Source: Pseudomonas sp. (lineage in GTDB: Bacteria; Pseudomonadota; Gammaproteobacteria; Pseudomonadales; Pseudomonadaceae). Taken from it: a stretch of 64,000 nucleotides of DNA. The notes under the pieces are model-generated. The model ran no database searches and was not told where the DNA came from. It saw only the letters and a program-made list of their open reading frames with translations. Location: positions 49,169-113,168 of the forward strand of contig NZ_JAQGNX010000179.1 in NCBI RefSeq assembly GCF_028293835.1, in the 5' to 3' direction. Shown here piece by piece: positions 9,609 through 19,846 of this stretch (positions are counted from its first letter, which is position 1; every line of letters starts with the position of its first letter). Both the position numbers and the translations under genes were made by a program.

Positions 9609-12110
9609 ATGGTTTTATTGAAAGCGCTCGACATGCCGGTCATTGCGGACCCTGCCGACTTTGACAAAAACAGCGGCAACTGGCTCGAAAGGCTAGTGTT
9701 CAATCACCGCATCAGTGTGATCTTGCTCTGTGGGGTGTTGACGTTATTCTTCGGCTGGAACGCACTGAAGTTACCGGTCAATACCAGCTTCGAGAAAATG
9801 ATTCCGCAGTCCCATCCCTATATAAAAAATTACCTCGAACACCGTGATGCGCTCCGTGGCATGGGTAACGCAACGCGAGTCGTGGTGGAAAATACTAAGG
9901 GTGACATCTTCGATAAAGACTATTTGCTGACGCTGCAAAAGGTCAACGACGCCGTTTACCTGCTACCCGGCATAGACCAGGGTTGGATGCGCGGGCTGTG
10001 GACCAGCAGCTTGCGTTGGACCGAAGTCACCGAGGAAGGTTATCGGGGCGGCCCCGTCATCCCGGATCGCTGGGACGGTAGCCCAACCTCCATGGACCGC
10101 CTGCGTGAAAACATCAATCGAGCAGGCATCGTTGGCAGTTACGTGGCCAACAATCTGAAGTCGTCGATGATTTTTGTGCCATTGCTCGATCTTAATCCTG
10201 AGACCAGGAAGCCACTGGATTACGCGGTTTTTTCGAGGCAATTAGAGGACAAGGTGCGGTCGCTGGAGACCGACACCATCAAGATCCACATCATTGGGTT
10301 TGCCAAGATCGTTGGCGATTTGATTGATGGCATGTATTCGGTGATGGCGTATTTCGGTTTCTCGGTGCTAATCGCCACTGCGCTGGTGCTGGCCTACACC
10401 CGCTGCCTGCGCAGTACGCTATTGCTGGTGTTCTGCGCCTTACTCGGCGTGGTCTGGTTGCTGGGCTTGCTCAGTGTGCTCGGCTACGTGCTTGATCCGT
10501 ATTCAATCCTGGTACCTTTTCTGATTTTCGCCATCGGTCTGTCCCACGGTGCGCAGAAGATGAACGGGATCATGCAAGACGTGGGGCGAGGCACCCATAA
10601 ATACGTGGCTGCTCGCTACACCTTCCGCCGATTGTTCATGGCGGGGCTGACTGCGCTGCTGGTGAATATCGTTGGTTTTGCAGTGCTGATGATCATTGAT
10701 ATCCCTGTGATTCGCGACATGGCCCTGACCACCAGCCTGGGCGTCGCTATCCTGATTTTCACCAAGCTGTTTTTGATACCGGTGCTGCTGTCCTATTTCG
10801 GCGTGAGCGCTGACGCGGCGCGGCGCAGTGTGCAAACGACGAATCAGATAACGGCCGGACGGAGTCCGATGCAGGCCATCCGCAGTGGCCTGATCCGACT
10901 TACTGAACGGCGTCGTGCCACGATTACCGTTGCGCTCGCCGCCGTGCTGGCCTGCGCAGGGCTTCTGATCGGTCACCACGTGCAGTTTGGGGACCTTAAT
11001 CCGGGCGCGCCGGAGTTGCGGCCGGAATCGCGCTATAACCGCGACGTAGCCTTCGTGACCCAGAATTACGGGCTGTCAACGGACCAGTTTGTGGTCATGC
11101 TCAAAACACCGGCTGGGGAATGCACCCAGTTCTCATCGCTGACCGAAGCGGACCGTTTGAGTGCCCGCCTGCGCGAATTGCCCGGTGTACAGACCACCTT
11201 TTCGCCCGCGGACGGCATTCGTCTAGCCACATCGGGGATGTTTGAGGGCAACCCCAAATGGATGACAATCCCGGTCAATACCAGCACCCGCACCCAAGCC
11301 TTCAACATGTTCGCCACGGACCGGCCGGAACTGGTCGATAGGTTCTGCGTCATCACACCGGTGATTGCTTATCTGGCAGACCACAAGGCGGCGACGCTGG
11401 ACCGCGTAGTGAAAGAGGTCGAAGCCTATGGTGCGGAGTTCAACACCGAATCACGCACGTTCCTGTTGGCCGCCGGCAGCGCTGGTATTGAAGCGACCAC
11501 CAATATTGTGGTCAAACGCAGCTTCTGGACCTTGCATCTGGTGCTCTATGGCGCAGTGGCGTTGCTGTGTTTCATTACCTTCCGCAGCTGGCGTGCGGTG
11601 GTGGTAGCGATTATTCCGTTAATCATCACCTCGATCCTGTGTGAGGCGCTAATGGTGATGCTGAACATCGGGATTAAGGTCGCCACGTTGCCAGTCATCG
11701 CGGTGGGTGTTGGTGTCGGTGTCGATTACGCGCTGTATTTGCTCAGCGTGCAGTTAGGCATGCAGCGGCACGGCATGACCCTGGCCAAGTCTTATGAAGG
11801 CTCGCTTGATTTTGTCGGCCGAATCGTCGGTCTGGTCGGATTGACCATGGCCGCAGGGGTTATTCCGTGGATATGGTCACCCATCAAATTCCAGGCGGAC
11901 ATGGGCATTCTGCTGAGCTTCATGTTCCTGTGGAACATGGTCGGTGCGTTGGTACTAATCCCTGCGCTGTCTTACTTTCTGCTGCGTACACCGGCCGATG
12001 ATGCACCGCCTGAGCAGCGGGACATGGACGCAACCTCAGCGACGAGCCCATCTGAGGAGCCGTTGGGCGAACCTGGCAAAGAAACCATCAAGCAACGAAT
12101 TACTGCCTGA
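9609..12110 (+). CDS. RND superfamily (MMPL-like) transporter
   Basis: Two repeats of TM plus large loop plus TM bundle; GVGVGVDYALY motif; ATG 9609 with GAGG RBS. Confidence 0.88.
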   Translation: MVLLKALDMPVIADPADFDKNSGNWLERLVFNHRISVILLCGVLTLFFGWNALKLPVNTSFEKMIPQSHPYIKNYLEHRDALRGMGNATRVVVENTKGDIFDKDYLLTLQKVNDAVYLLPGIDQGWMRGLWTSSLRWTEVTEEGYRGGPVIPDRWDGSPTSMDRLRENINRAGIVGSYVANNLKSSMIFVPLLDLNPETRKPLDYAVFSRQLEDKVRSLETDTIKIHIIGFAKIVGDLIDGMYSVMAYFGFSVLIATALVLAYTRCLRSTLLLVFCALLGVVWLLGLLSVLGYVLDPYSILVPFLIFAIGLSHGAQKMNGIMQDVGRGTHKYVAARYTFRRLFMAGLTALLVNIVGFAVLMIIDIPVIRDMALTTSLGVAILIFTKLFLIPVLLSYFGVSADAARRSVQTTNQITAGRSPMQAIRSGLIRLTERRRATITVALAAVLACAGLLIGHHVQFGDLNPGAPELRPESRYNRDVAFVTQNYGLSTDQFVVMLKTPAGECTQFSSLTEADRLSARLRELPGVQTTFSPADGIRLATSGMFEGNPKWMTIPVNTSTRTQAFNMFATDRPELVDRFCVITPVIAYLADHKAATLDRVVKEVEAYGAEFNTESRTFLLAAGSAGIEATTNIVVKRSFWTLHLVLYGAVALLCFITFRSWRAVVVAIIPLIITSILCEALMVMLNIGIKVATLPVIAVGVGVGVDYALYLLSVQLGMQRHGMTLAKSYEGSLDFVGRIVGLVGLTMAAGVIPWIWSPIKFQADMGILLSFMFLWNMVGALVLIPALSYFLLRTPADDAPPEQRDMDATSATSPSEEPLGEPGKETIKQRITA

Positions 12111-12189
12111 GGTCCTTGACGCCCGAGACAGAGAATTCTGTCTTGTGGCTTTCTGCACTCGTTTATTAACCTGACGCCGGAGACATCGT

Positions 12190-14409
12190 GTGGATAAGCG
12201 TGGAATTCTGGACGGACTGACGATCATTGACTTGGGCACCGGACACGCCGGTTGCGTAGCCGCACTGCTGCTTGCTGAGGCCGGTGCCGATGTGCTGCGT
12301 ATTCAACCTCGGCAATGGCAGTGCCCTTTACAACCCGGCCAAGCGGCGCTGTGGAATCGTTCGAAGCGTTTGCTGGAATTGGATCTGGACCAGATTGAAG
12401 GGCGCGATCAGCTGAATAAACAGCTGGACAATGCACACCTGCTGATCAGCGATCTGTTACCCCTTCAAGCCAGCCAGCTTGGCCTGAGCAACGAATACCT
12501 GCGTCGGGGCCGCGAGCAGTTGGTGCTAGTAAACATCTGCGGAGCACCCGGATCGGACCTGCCGGTGGATGATCTTTTAGTGATGGCCCACGCCGGCATC
12601 CTTGATGAGCAAGCGGCCGTGGGCCGCGAGGGGCCGGTGTATTTACGTTTCCCACTGGGCAGTTGGCACGCGGCATTTCTCGCCGCCATAGGTGGGTTGT
12701 TGCGCCTGCGCCAGGGTCACGGCGGGGTGGTCCAGACCAGCTTGTTACAGGGGGCGTTGATCCCGCTGATGATGCATTGGCACGAGACTGAAAACACCTC
12801 GCCTGCCTTGCAACTGGGGATGCCAAAATCCGTGCCTCCAACCTTGTTTCAATGCGCTGACGGAAAATGGCTGCACGTCATGCCTGACCCTAATCGGGCT
12901 CCGGAAGTTCGCCAGGCACTGGATGCCCTTGACCCCCAACAGCGCAGTGCTGCAAACGCTGAATTTGCCCATCAGCCCATTACCTGGTTTAAGGATCGCG
13001 GCGCGATGGCGCTGGTATTTCGCACACGGCCACGGGATGAATGGTTGGCGTTGTTGCAAGTCGCCGACGTACCGGCGGACAAAGTGGCGGCCATGGGTGA
13101 GTTGTACCTGGATGAACAGGCCTGTGCCAATGGCTACGTAAAGGAAATCGATACTGCCCATGGTTTGACCTTGCAGCCAGCGATTCCGTTAGTGGCTGAA
13201 GCGTTGGACGCCATCTCGCGGTGGCATCCGCCAGCGAGGAGTGCACACCAGGACTTCTCGAAGCCGTTGCTCGGATTGAACGTGGTGGATTTAGGGGCGT
13301 TTGTTGCCGGACCACTGGCGCCAATGTTGCTGGCTGATCTTGGCGCTGAGGTCATTAAGGTTGAACCGCTCAATGGCGATCCGATGCGAGTGGCGGAGTG
13401 GCCGTTTAATGCCTGCCAGCGCGGTAAGCGCTCATTGGCATTGAACCTCAAGTCTCCCTCTGCACAGGTCATCACGCAGCGTTTGGTGGAATGGGCAGAT
13501 GTCATTCATCACAATCAACGCATGCCGGCTATAGAACGCCTGGGCTTGGGGGGCGAGGCACTTCTGGCCTGCAAGCCGGACCTGATTTACTGCCATGTCA
13601 GTGCGTACGGCGCCAAAGGGCCACGGCGTGATTGGCCAGGTTACGATCAGCTGTTCCAGGCCGCCTCCGGTTGGGAAAGCGAGAGCGCAGGGCAGGGCAA
13701 CGAACCGACCTGGCTGCGTTTTGGCATGATGGATCACCTGGCGGGGCTCGCTTCTGTTCTCGCAGTGACGCTGGCGCTGTTTGAACGCGACCGTTGCGGC
13801 AAGGGCCAAGCCGTGTCCAGCTCACTGCTTGCGGCCAGTCTGTTTACCATGGAAAGTCCCGCCGACCCCGAGGGGCGTTTGCAGGACTTCGCTCATCTGG
13901 ACTCGGGTCAGTTAGGTGTGGCGCCCTTGCGTCGACTCTACCCGTGTCGGCACGGTTGGATTGCGGTGGCCCAGCGGCCTGGCGATGAACACGGATTGGC
14001 AAGGGTATTGACCCTCGCGGGTGTGAGCAACGTCCAGCAATTGACCGCCACAATGGCCGGCTTATCAGTACCTGAGGCCCTGTTGCTGTTCGACGATGCC
14101 GACGTTCCAGCGGTAGAAGCGCGGACCGATCAGAAGCAAGCGTTTCTCGATAATCCGGGCAATCGCCGAAGCGGTCTGGTGGTGGACTTCCCACACTCAC
14201 GCTATGGCCGACTGACCCTGCCAGGGGGCTTCTGGCATTTCGATGACCAACCGTCGACCGTCGGGCCATTGCCACCGCCTCTTTTGGGGGAGCACTCACG
14301 GATTATTTTGGAAGAACTAGGGTTTGACGAATTGCAGATAAATCAGTGGGTCGCGCAAGCGTTAGTTTACGACCCCGGCTCGTTAGGTTCAGCGGAGTTA
14401 AACCGATGA
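12190..14409 (+). CDS. Family III (CaiB/BaiF) CoA-transferase with two fused domains
   Basis: N-domain LDGLTIIDLG...AEAGADVLRI...NRSKR; C-domain LLGLNVVDLGAFVAGP...ADLGAEVIKVEP...QRGKRS...GYDQLFQA; 739 aa. Confidence 0.85.
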   Translation: MDKRGILDGLTIIDLGTGHAGCVAALLLAEAGADVLRIQPRQWQCPLQPGQAALWNRSKRLLELDLDQIEGRDQLNKQLDNAHLLISDLLPLQASQLGLSNEYLRRGREQLVLVNICGAPGSDLPVDDLLVMAHAGILDEQAAVGREGPVYLRFPLGSWHAAFLAAIGGLLRLRQGHGGVVQTSLLQGALIPLMMHWHETENTSPALQLGMPKSVPPTLFQCADGKWLHVMPDPNRAPEVRQALDALDPQQRSAANAEFAHQPITWFKDRGAMALVFRTRPRDEWLALLQVADVPADKVAAMGELYLDEQACANGYVKEIDTAHGLTLQPAIPLVAEALDAISRWHPPARSAHQDFSKPLLGLNVVDLGAFVAGPLAPMLLADLGAEVIKVEPLNGDPMRVAEWPFNACQRGKRSLALNLKSPSAQVITQRLVEWADVIHHNQRMPAIERLGLGGEALLACKPDLIYCHVSAYGAKGPRRDWPGYDQLFQAASGWESESAGQGNEPTWLRFGMMDHLAGLASVLAVTLALFERDRCGKGQAVSSSLLAASLFTMESPADPEGRLQDFAHLDSGQLGVAPLRRLYPCRHGWIAVAQRPGDEHGLARVLTLAGVSNVQQLTATMAGLSVPEALLLFDDADVPAVEARTDQKQAFLDNPGNRRSGLVVDFPHSRYGRLTLPGGFWHFDDQPSTVGPLPPPLLGEHSRIILEELGFDELQINQWVAQALVYDPGSLGSAELNR

Positions 14410-15200
14410 ATCTGGGATTGACTGGCAAAGTCGCCTTGGTCTCAGGTGGCAGTAAAGGTATCGGTCGTAGCTGTTGCGAATTACTGGCCGATGAAGGCTG
14501 CAAGGTCATGGTAGTTGCGCGCGGGGCCGATGCCGTAGAGCAGACCGTGGCCGAGCTGCGTGCGGCGGGCGGCATTGCCAGCGGTGTGTGTGCCGACCTG
14601 ACTCAGCCTGCCGAGGTGCAACGCGCCGTTTCAGCGACCTGCCAGCTTTATGGATCGCCCGACATCGTGATCACCAATGTCCACGGCGGTGAGCCCAGTG
14701 ACTTTTTCACAGGCGATACCGACGTGTTTTTACATGCATTCCAGGCGCAGGTGATGAGTGTGGTGCACTTGGCCAGAGCGACGGTGCCGCACATGCGCGA
14801 ACGGCGTTGGGGGCGCCTGCTGACCATCGGCACTGCGGCGGCGAAGGAGCCAGTTTCTGGCCTGAAGTTGATGGCCGCAACCACCGCCCGCGCGGCAGTG
14901 GTGACCTTGAACAAGTCACTGGCGGATGAGTTTGCCAGCGACGGAATCACCGTCAACACCTTGGCGACGGGCTGGATAGCCACGGCAACCATGCTTGAAG
15001 AAGTAGCGCGCATGGGCGCTGCCCGTGGCCTGTCTGCTGAGGCAATGATGCAGCGATTGACTAAGGCAATTCCCGTGGGACATGCGGGCGATCCGCAGCA
15101 AATCGCATCAATGGCGGTCTACCTATGCTCTGATTTAGCCGGGTATATCACGGGCTGCTTGATTCCGGTCGATGGCGGCGCCCATCGCAGTGCCTGGTAA
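14406..15200 (+). CDS. Short-chain dehydrogenase/reductase, atypical active site
   Basis: ATGA overlap with upstream gene; GGSKGIG cofactor motif; no YxxxK (LMAATTARAA at that position). Confidence 0.82.
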   Translation: MNLGLTGKVALVSGGSKGIGRSCCELLADEGCKVMVVARGADAVEQTVAELRAAGGIASGVCADLTQPAEVQRAVSATCQLYGSPDIVITNVHGGEPSDFFTGDTDVFLHAFQAQVMSVVHLARATVPHMRERRWGRLLTIGTAAAKEPVSGLKLMAATTARAAVVTLNKSLADEFASDGITVNTLATGWIATATMLEEVARMGAARGLSAEAMMQRLTKAIPVGHAGDPQQIASMAVYLCSDLAGYITGCLIPVDGGAHRSAW

Positions 15201-15215
15201 TCGCCTGGGGTGGAA

Positions 15216-16757
15216 ATGACGCACGCACTGATAAAAGCGACGACGCTCTGGCAACTGTTGTTACGTCGGGCTCTCCTGACGCCGACCGCGATCATGGTGA
15301 TAGAAGGCCGAACACAGATGCGGATAACCTTTGCCCAGGCGCTGGACATCGCCGAACGCTTGGCTGCCGGATTCTACGAGCGTGGTATCAGGTCCGGAAC
15401 GACGGTGACCTGGATGTTGCCCACCGGCTTGCGGGCTGTCATTACGTCGCTGGCCCTGGCGCGCCTCGGCGCACTGCAGAATCCGATTATCTCCTTGTAT
15501 GGCGAGCGTGAAGTTCGGGCCATTCTGGAACGCAACCGGTCTGCTTATCTATTGATCGCCGACAATGACGGCCGTGATTATTCGGGCATGGCGAGGCTTC
15601 TCTGTGAGCAGTTGGCGCATCCCCCCCACGTGATCGTCATGGGCGAGGACCTGCCTCAGGGTCGGCCTTCCAGCTTGCCGCCGCCGCCCGTTGAAGGACA
15701 ATCAGTGCGTTGGGTCTATTACACCTCCGGCACTACCTCGGAACCCAAGGGCGCGTGTCATACCGATGAAACCTTAATGATCGGTGGACGTAATCTCGCA
15801 CGGGCCATGGGCGGCTGCGCTGCAGATATTGGCAGCATCGCGTTCCCTATCGCGCACATTGGCGGGGCCATGTACACCTGCATGGTGTTGGCCTCTGGCA
15901 TGAGTATGGTCTTGCTTGATCGTTTTCAAGCCCAGGAGGCTGCCACGGTCTTTCGCCGTTATAACGTCACTTTGACCGGCGGAAGCACTGCGCACTATCA
16001 GGCACTGTTGGCCGAGCAACGCCGTTGCCCGCATAAGTCTCTGTTGCCAGCGCTACGCCTGCTTAGCGGCGGGGGGGCGCCAAAACCCCCAGAGCTCTAT
16101 TACCAGATCCGTCGCGAAATGGGCTGCAGCCTGACCCACAATTACGGGATGACCGAGGTGCCGCTGATTTGTGCCGGGGTAGTTACTGACACCGACGAGC
16201 AGTTAGCGAACACCGAAGGCGTCCCCGTCGATGACGTCGAGTTGCGTATTGTGGGCGCTGATGGCCGTCTGGCCGGGGACGACGAATCGGGTGAGGTGCG
16301 CCTACGTGGCAAGGGCGTCTTCAAGGGCTATACCGACCCGGCCCTGACGACCGCCGCGTTCGATAACGAAGGATTTTTTCGCACCGGGGATTTGGCGTTG
16401 CGTCGCCCGGATGGCCGCATCGTGATCACCGGACGGCTCAAAGATGTGATTATTCGCAAAGGAGAGAATATTTCTGCAAAGGAAATAGAAGACCTGCTGT
16501 TCACCCATCCCAAAGTGGCCGGTGTTGCGGTCATCGGCTTGCCCGATGAGTTTCGCGGCGAACGCGTCTGTGCGGTGATTGAACTCAAGCGCGGGGTGTC
16601 TGCATTGCCGTTCGAAGAAATGGTTGCCTTCTTCGAGACAGCGCAGGTCATGCGACAAAAAATTCCGGAGCAACTGGAGATTGTCGAACAACTGCCGCGT
16701 AACGACACCCTGAACAAAGTTCTCAAACATGTGCTGCGTGAACGTTTCAGTCGTTGA
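15216..16757 (+). CDS. Acyl-CoA ligase (AMP-binding; resembles cyclohexanecarboxylate-CoA ligase type)
   Basis: YYTSGTTSEPKG, YGMTE, FRTGDL, GRLKDVIIRKGENIS, NKVLK. Confidence 0.85.
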   Translation: MTHALIKATTLWQLLLRRALLTPTAIMVIEGRTQMRITFAQALDIAERLAAGFYERGIRSGTTVTWMLPTGLRAVITSLALARLGALQNPIISLYGEREVRAILERNRSAYLLIADNDGRDYSGMARLLCEQLAHPPHVIVMGEDLPQGRPSSLPPPPVEGQSVRWVYYTSGTTSEPKGACHTDETLMIGGRNLARAMGGCAADIGSIAFPIAHIGGAMYTCMVLASGMSMVLLDRFQAQEAATVFRRYNVTLTGGSTAHYQALLAEQRRCPHKSLLPALRLLSGGGAPKPPELYYQIRREMGCSLTHNYGMTEVPLICAGVVTDTDEQLANTEGVPVDDVELRIVGADGRLAGDDESGEVRLRGKGVFKGYTDPALTTAAFDNEGFFRTGDLALRRPDGRIVITGRLKDVIIRKGENISAKEIEDLLFTHPKVAGVAVIGLPDEFRGERVCAVIELKRGVSALPFEEMVAFFETAQVMRQKIPEQLEIVEQLPRNDTLNKVLKHVLRERFSR

Positions 16758-17361
16758 GTGCTGCGATCACTGAGTCGCTGTCGCTCAACGTGCTGTAGAG
16801 CGGCAGCAGGTTAGTCACGATGAAGTCATGACTTTGCGCGGTAGCGCCAGCGATGCAGTCTTCGGGCACCACCACCTGATAGCCAAGGTCGGAGCCGCAC
16901 AACGCCAGACCAGAAATTGCCACGTTGGTCGAGACGCCGACGGGCACGAGCGTATGGACGCCCATATGACGCAATAGCGTATCCAGGTCAGTGCCATGAA
17001 AACCCACCAGACTAAAGGTGCGGGCATGCACGATGTCCTGGCCCTGTGGCGCTACTTCAGGCACCGACAGAACCTCGTCAGAACCGGCAATCATTCGGTT
17101 TTCTTTGGTCGAGCGGGCAATGATTACGCTGGTCCGAGGCAGGTCGACATAACCGGGTCTATGTGCGACGTGCAGGTGCAACACCGGCAATCCAGCCTGG
17201 CGAAAGGCCGTTGCCAGACGGGCAATGCGTACCAGGATGTCCCGTCGGCCCACCTGCTCCGCGAGACCTGGAAAGCCCGATAACTCGGGATCGATCACGC
17301 CCCGTTGGCACTCACTGATCAGCAGTGCCGGACGTTGTCCCTTTTCGAATCCTCTCAGCAT
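16747..17361 (-). CDS. Isochorismatase-like (cysteine hydrolase fold) protein
   Basis: ALLISECQRGVI, LLRHMGVHTLVPVGVSTNVAI, YQVVVPEDCIAG; converges on and overlaps the ligase by 11 nt. Confidence 0.82.
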   Translation of the reverse strand: MLRGFEKGQRPALLISECQRGVIDPELSGFPGLAEQVGRRDILVRIARLATAFRQAGLPVLHLHVAHRPGYVDLPRTSVIIARSTKENRMIAGSDEVLSVPEVAPQGQDIVHARTFSLVGFHGTDLDTLLRHMGVHTLVPVGVSTNVAISGLALCGSDLGYQVVVPEDCIAGATAQSHDFIVTNLLPLYSTLSDSDSVIAALND

Positions 17362-17434
17362 AAATCCTCCCGCATAGGTTCGCCGTGATACGGCATCGTT
17401 TAAATAGAGGTTGACGGGCGGCAGTATAAATTGA

Positions 17435-17455
17435 AAACTGACATATAGTTAGTTA
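17435..17455. promoter_or_regulatory. Palindromic operator candidate AAACTGAC-ATATA-GTTAGTTA
   Basis: In AT-rich divergent region, 28 nt before the fused dehydrogenase ATG. Confidence 0.72.
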
Positions 17456-17483
17456 ATTTAATAAAAACTGCCTGGAGGGTTCG

Positions 17484-19811
17484 ATGGGGGAAAATGCTGA
17501 TGAGTCGCTATCGGTCATGCTTCGCAAGTCAGTCAATGATTTTCTGACAGGAACACACAGTCCCTCTCGATTGCGCGGTTGGATCGGTCAACCCCGTCCA
17601 GTGGATGCCTCTTTGTGGCGCGATATTGCTGCGCTGGGCTGGACAGGGTTGCTGCTCCCCGAGTCATTGGGAGGCAGCGGGCTGACGTTGGGCGAGGCCA
17701 CGGTAATCTGCGAGGTTATGGGCGAACGTTTGTTTAGCGAACCCTTTGTGGCGTGTTGTGTCATGCCCTCCGTGTTGCTGGCCGCCGCTGAAAATAGCCC
17801 TGCCGTCGAACAGTTGGCCAACTGGCTCAGCAGCGGTGAGCGGCTACTGGCCGTGGCTTCTCAGGAACACGCAGGACAGTTGGAGCCGGGCATATACGGT
17901 TGCACCGTGGTGAATGGTCGGCTCAGCGGGCGCAAGGTCTTCGTGGTCGGTTGCGAAAGCCGTTCAGTGTTGCTGGTGTCAGCACTGGAGCATGGTCAGC
18001 CGGTTATTGTAGCCGTTGAGGCAACTGCCCGGGGTGTACACGTTGAGTCGTTCAGCGCTGGCAATGGTGCTCAATACCATGTCGATTTTGACCAGGCACC
18101 GTTGCTGTTTGCCGAACCCATCCTGAGGGGCTCAGCCGCGCTGGACGCCCTGCATCGAAGCGTGGCGGCTGGCCGTATTGCCTTGGCGGCCGAGTTGGCA
18201 GGCCAGGCTGCCGGTTGCTTGCAACAGACCCTCGACTTTGTGACCCAGCGCATTCAGTTCGAACGGCCACTGGGTTCATTTCAAACTGTCCAGCATCGCT
18301 GTGTCGACCTCAGTATCGAGCAAACGCTGGCCCAGGCGAGTTGGCAACACGCCTTGGCCTGCTACGAGCAGCAACCGCTGGCGCAAGTCAGTCTGGCTGC
18401 GATCAGTGCGTCCAAAGCCCGGTGCGCCCAAGCAGCAGTCACTACAGCAAGGCAGGCGGTGCAGTTGCATGGGGCGATGGGTTTCGCCGAGGAAGTCGAC
18501 ATTGGGCTGTATTTGCGTGCGGCGATGTTTGGTGCTGCCTGGCTCGGATCGATCTGGGACCATCGTCGGCACTTCGCTGCGCTCGACACTGGCGATCGAG
18601 ACAGCCGAGTAAGTGTGGCTATCGAAGGACTGGAATCGAGCGATCCGCGTGACTGGACGGATGAAGTCTTCAGAACACGTTTGCGCGAATGGTTGACCGA
18701 GCATTATCCCGCCGAGCTTCGCCAGAATGACCGGCGGCCATTTCTGAGGCTGCGCGGCAGTGATCTGACCCATTGGCTTAGATTGCTTAATGACCATGGT
18801 TGGCGAGCGCCTGCCTGGCCCCGCGAACACGGGGGCATGGGCGTATCGTTTCGCAAGCAATTGATCTACCAGGAGGAGATGGAGCGCGCCGGCGTAGGCC
18901 GAATCATTGATAACGGCGAAACCCAACTGGGCCCGACCCTGATCAAGTGGGGCAGTGACGAGCAACGCGCTCGATATCTCCCGAGAATACTTTCCTGTGA
19001 GGACCTGTGGTGTCAGGGCTATTCCGAGCCCGGCGCCGGTTCCGACCTTGCCAGCCTGCGTACCCGCGCCGATCTGGACGCAGATGTGTTTATCGTCAAC
19101 GGTCAAAAAATATGGACCACCCATGCCGCCGAATGCACGCATATCTACGCACTGGTGCGCACCGGAAAATTTGACAAAAAACAGCAGGGCATCAGTTTTT
19201 TGCTCATTGACCTGAGCTTGCCGGGCGTAAGCATCCGCCCCATTGCCAACATCGCGGGGGAGGACGAGTTCTGCGAAGTGTTTTTTGAGAACGTGCGGGT
19301 GCCTGTCGAGAATCTGCTCGGCGAGCTGCATCAGGGCTGGACCCTGGCCAAGGCGTTGTTGGGGCATGAGCGTATCTGGCTCGGCAACGCAGCCATGGCT
19401 GGCAGCGCATTGGCGTTGGCCAAAAAACTGGTCGCTGAGCTGGAATTGACTGATGACCGTGGCGTGCTGGATCGGCTGGCGGTCCTGCAAGCGGACCTGC
19501 ACGACTATCGATTGTTCTATGCGCAGATTTGCGACCGGATTGCTAAAGGCGATGGAGAGCCCGGTCCGCAGGTATCGATGCTGAAAGTCTACGTTTCTGA
19601 GTTGCTGCAACGGATCACTGAGTTCTGTACCGACATCGCGGGCGATCATGCCGGAGTGGTGGGCGATGTGCGTATTGGCGAGCTGCTTACCGACTTGCAT
19701 TGGCCTTTGATGATGGCGCGGCCGGTGTCGATTTATGCCGGTGCCAACGAAGTTCAGCGCGACATCCTGGCGAAAGCTGTCCTGAAACTTCCCGGTGCAC
19801 CACGCACCTGA
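17484..19811 (+). CDS. Two-domain fused acyl-CoA dehydrogenase (beta-type plus alpha-type domain)
   Basis: 775 aa without internal stop; N-half [17 protein letters not shown]...[10 protein letters not shown]; C-half [33 protein letters not shown]. Confidence 0.88.
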   Translation: MGENADESLSVMLRKSVNDFLTGTHSPSRLRGWIGQPRPVDASLWRDIAALGWTGLLLPESLGGSGLTLGEATVICEVMGERLFSEPFVACCVMPSVLLAAAENSPAVEQLANWLSSGERLLAVASQEHAGQLEPGIYGCTVVNGRLSGRKVFVVGCESRSVLLVSALEHGQPVIVAVEATARGVHVESFSAGNGAQYHVDFDQAPLLFAEPILRGSAALDALHRSVAAGRIALAAELAGQAAGCLQQTLDFVTQRIQFERPLGSFQTVQHRCVDLSIEQTLAQASWQHALACYEQQPLAQVSLAAISASKARCAQAAVTTARQAVQLHGAMGFAEEVDIGLYLRAAMFGAAWLGSIWDHRRHFAALDTGDRDSRVSVAIEGLESSDPRDWTDEVFRTRLREWLTEHYPAELRQNDRRPFLRLRGSDLTHWLRLLNDHGWRAPAWPREHGGMGVSFRKQLIYQEEMERAGVGRIIDNGETQLGPTLIKWGSDEQRARYLPRILSCEDLWCQGYSEPGAGSDLASLRTRADLDADVFIVNGQKIWTTHAAECTHIYALVRTGKFDKKQQGISFLLIDLSLPGVSIRPIANIAGEDEFCEVFFENVRVPVENLLGELHQGWTLAKALLGHERIWLGNAAMAGSALALAKKLVAELELTDDRGVLDRLAVLQADLHDYRLFYAQICDRIAKGDGEPGPQVSMLKVYVSELLQRITEFCTDIAGDHAGVVGDVRIGELLTDLHWPLMMARPVSIYAGANEVQRDILAKAVLKLPGAPRT

Positions 19812-19846
19812 CGAGTGAACAAGTCTATGAACATCCGGAGAATCCT

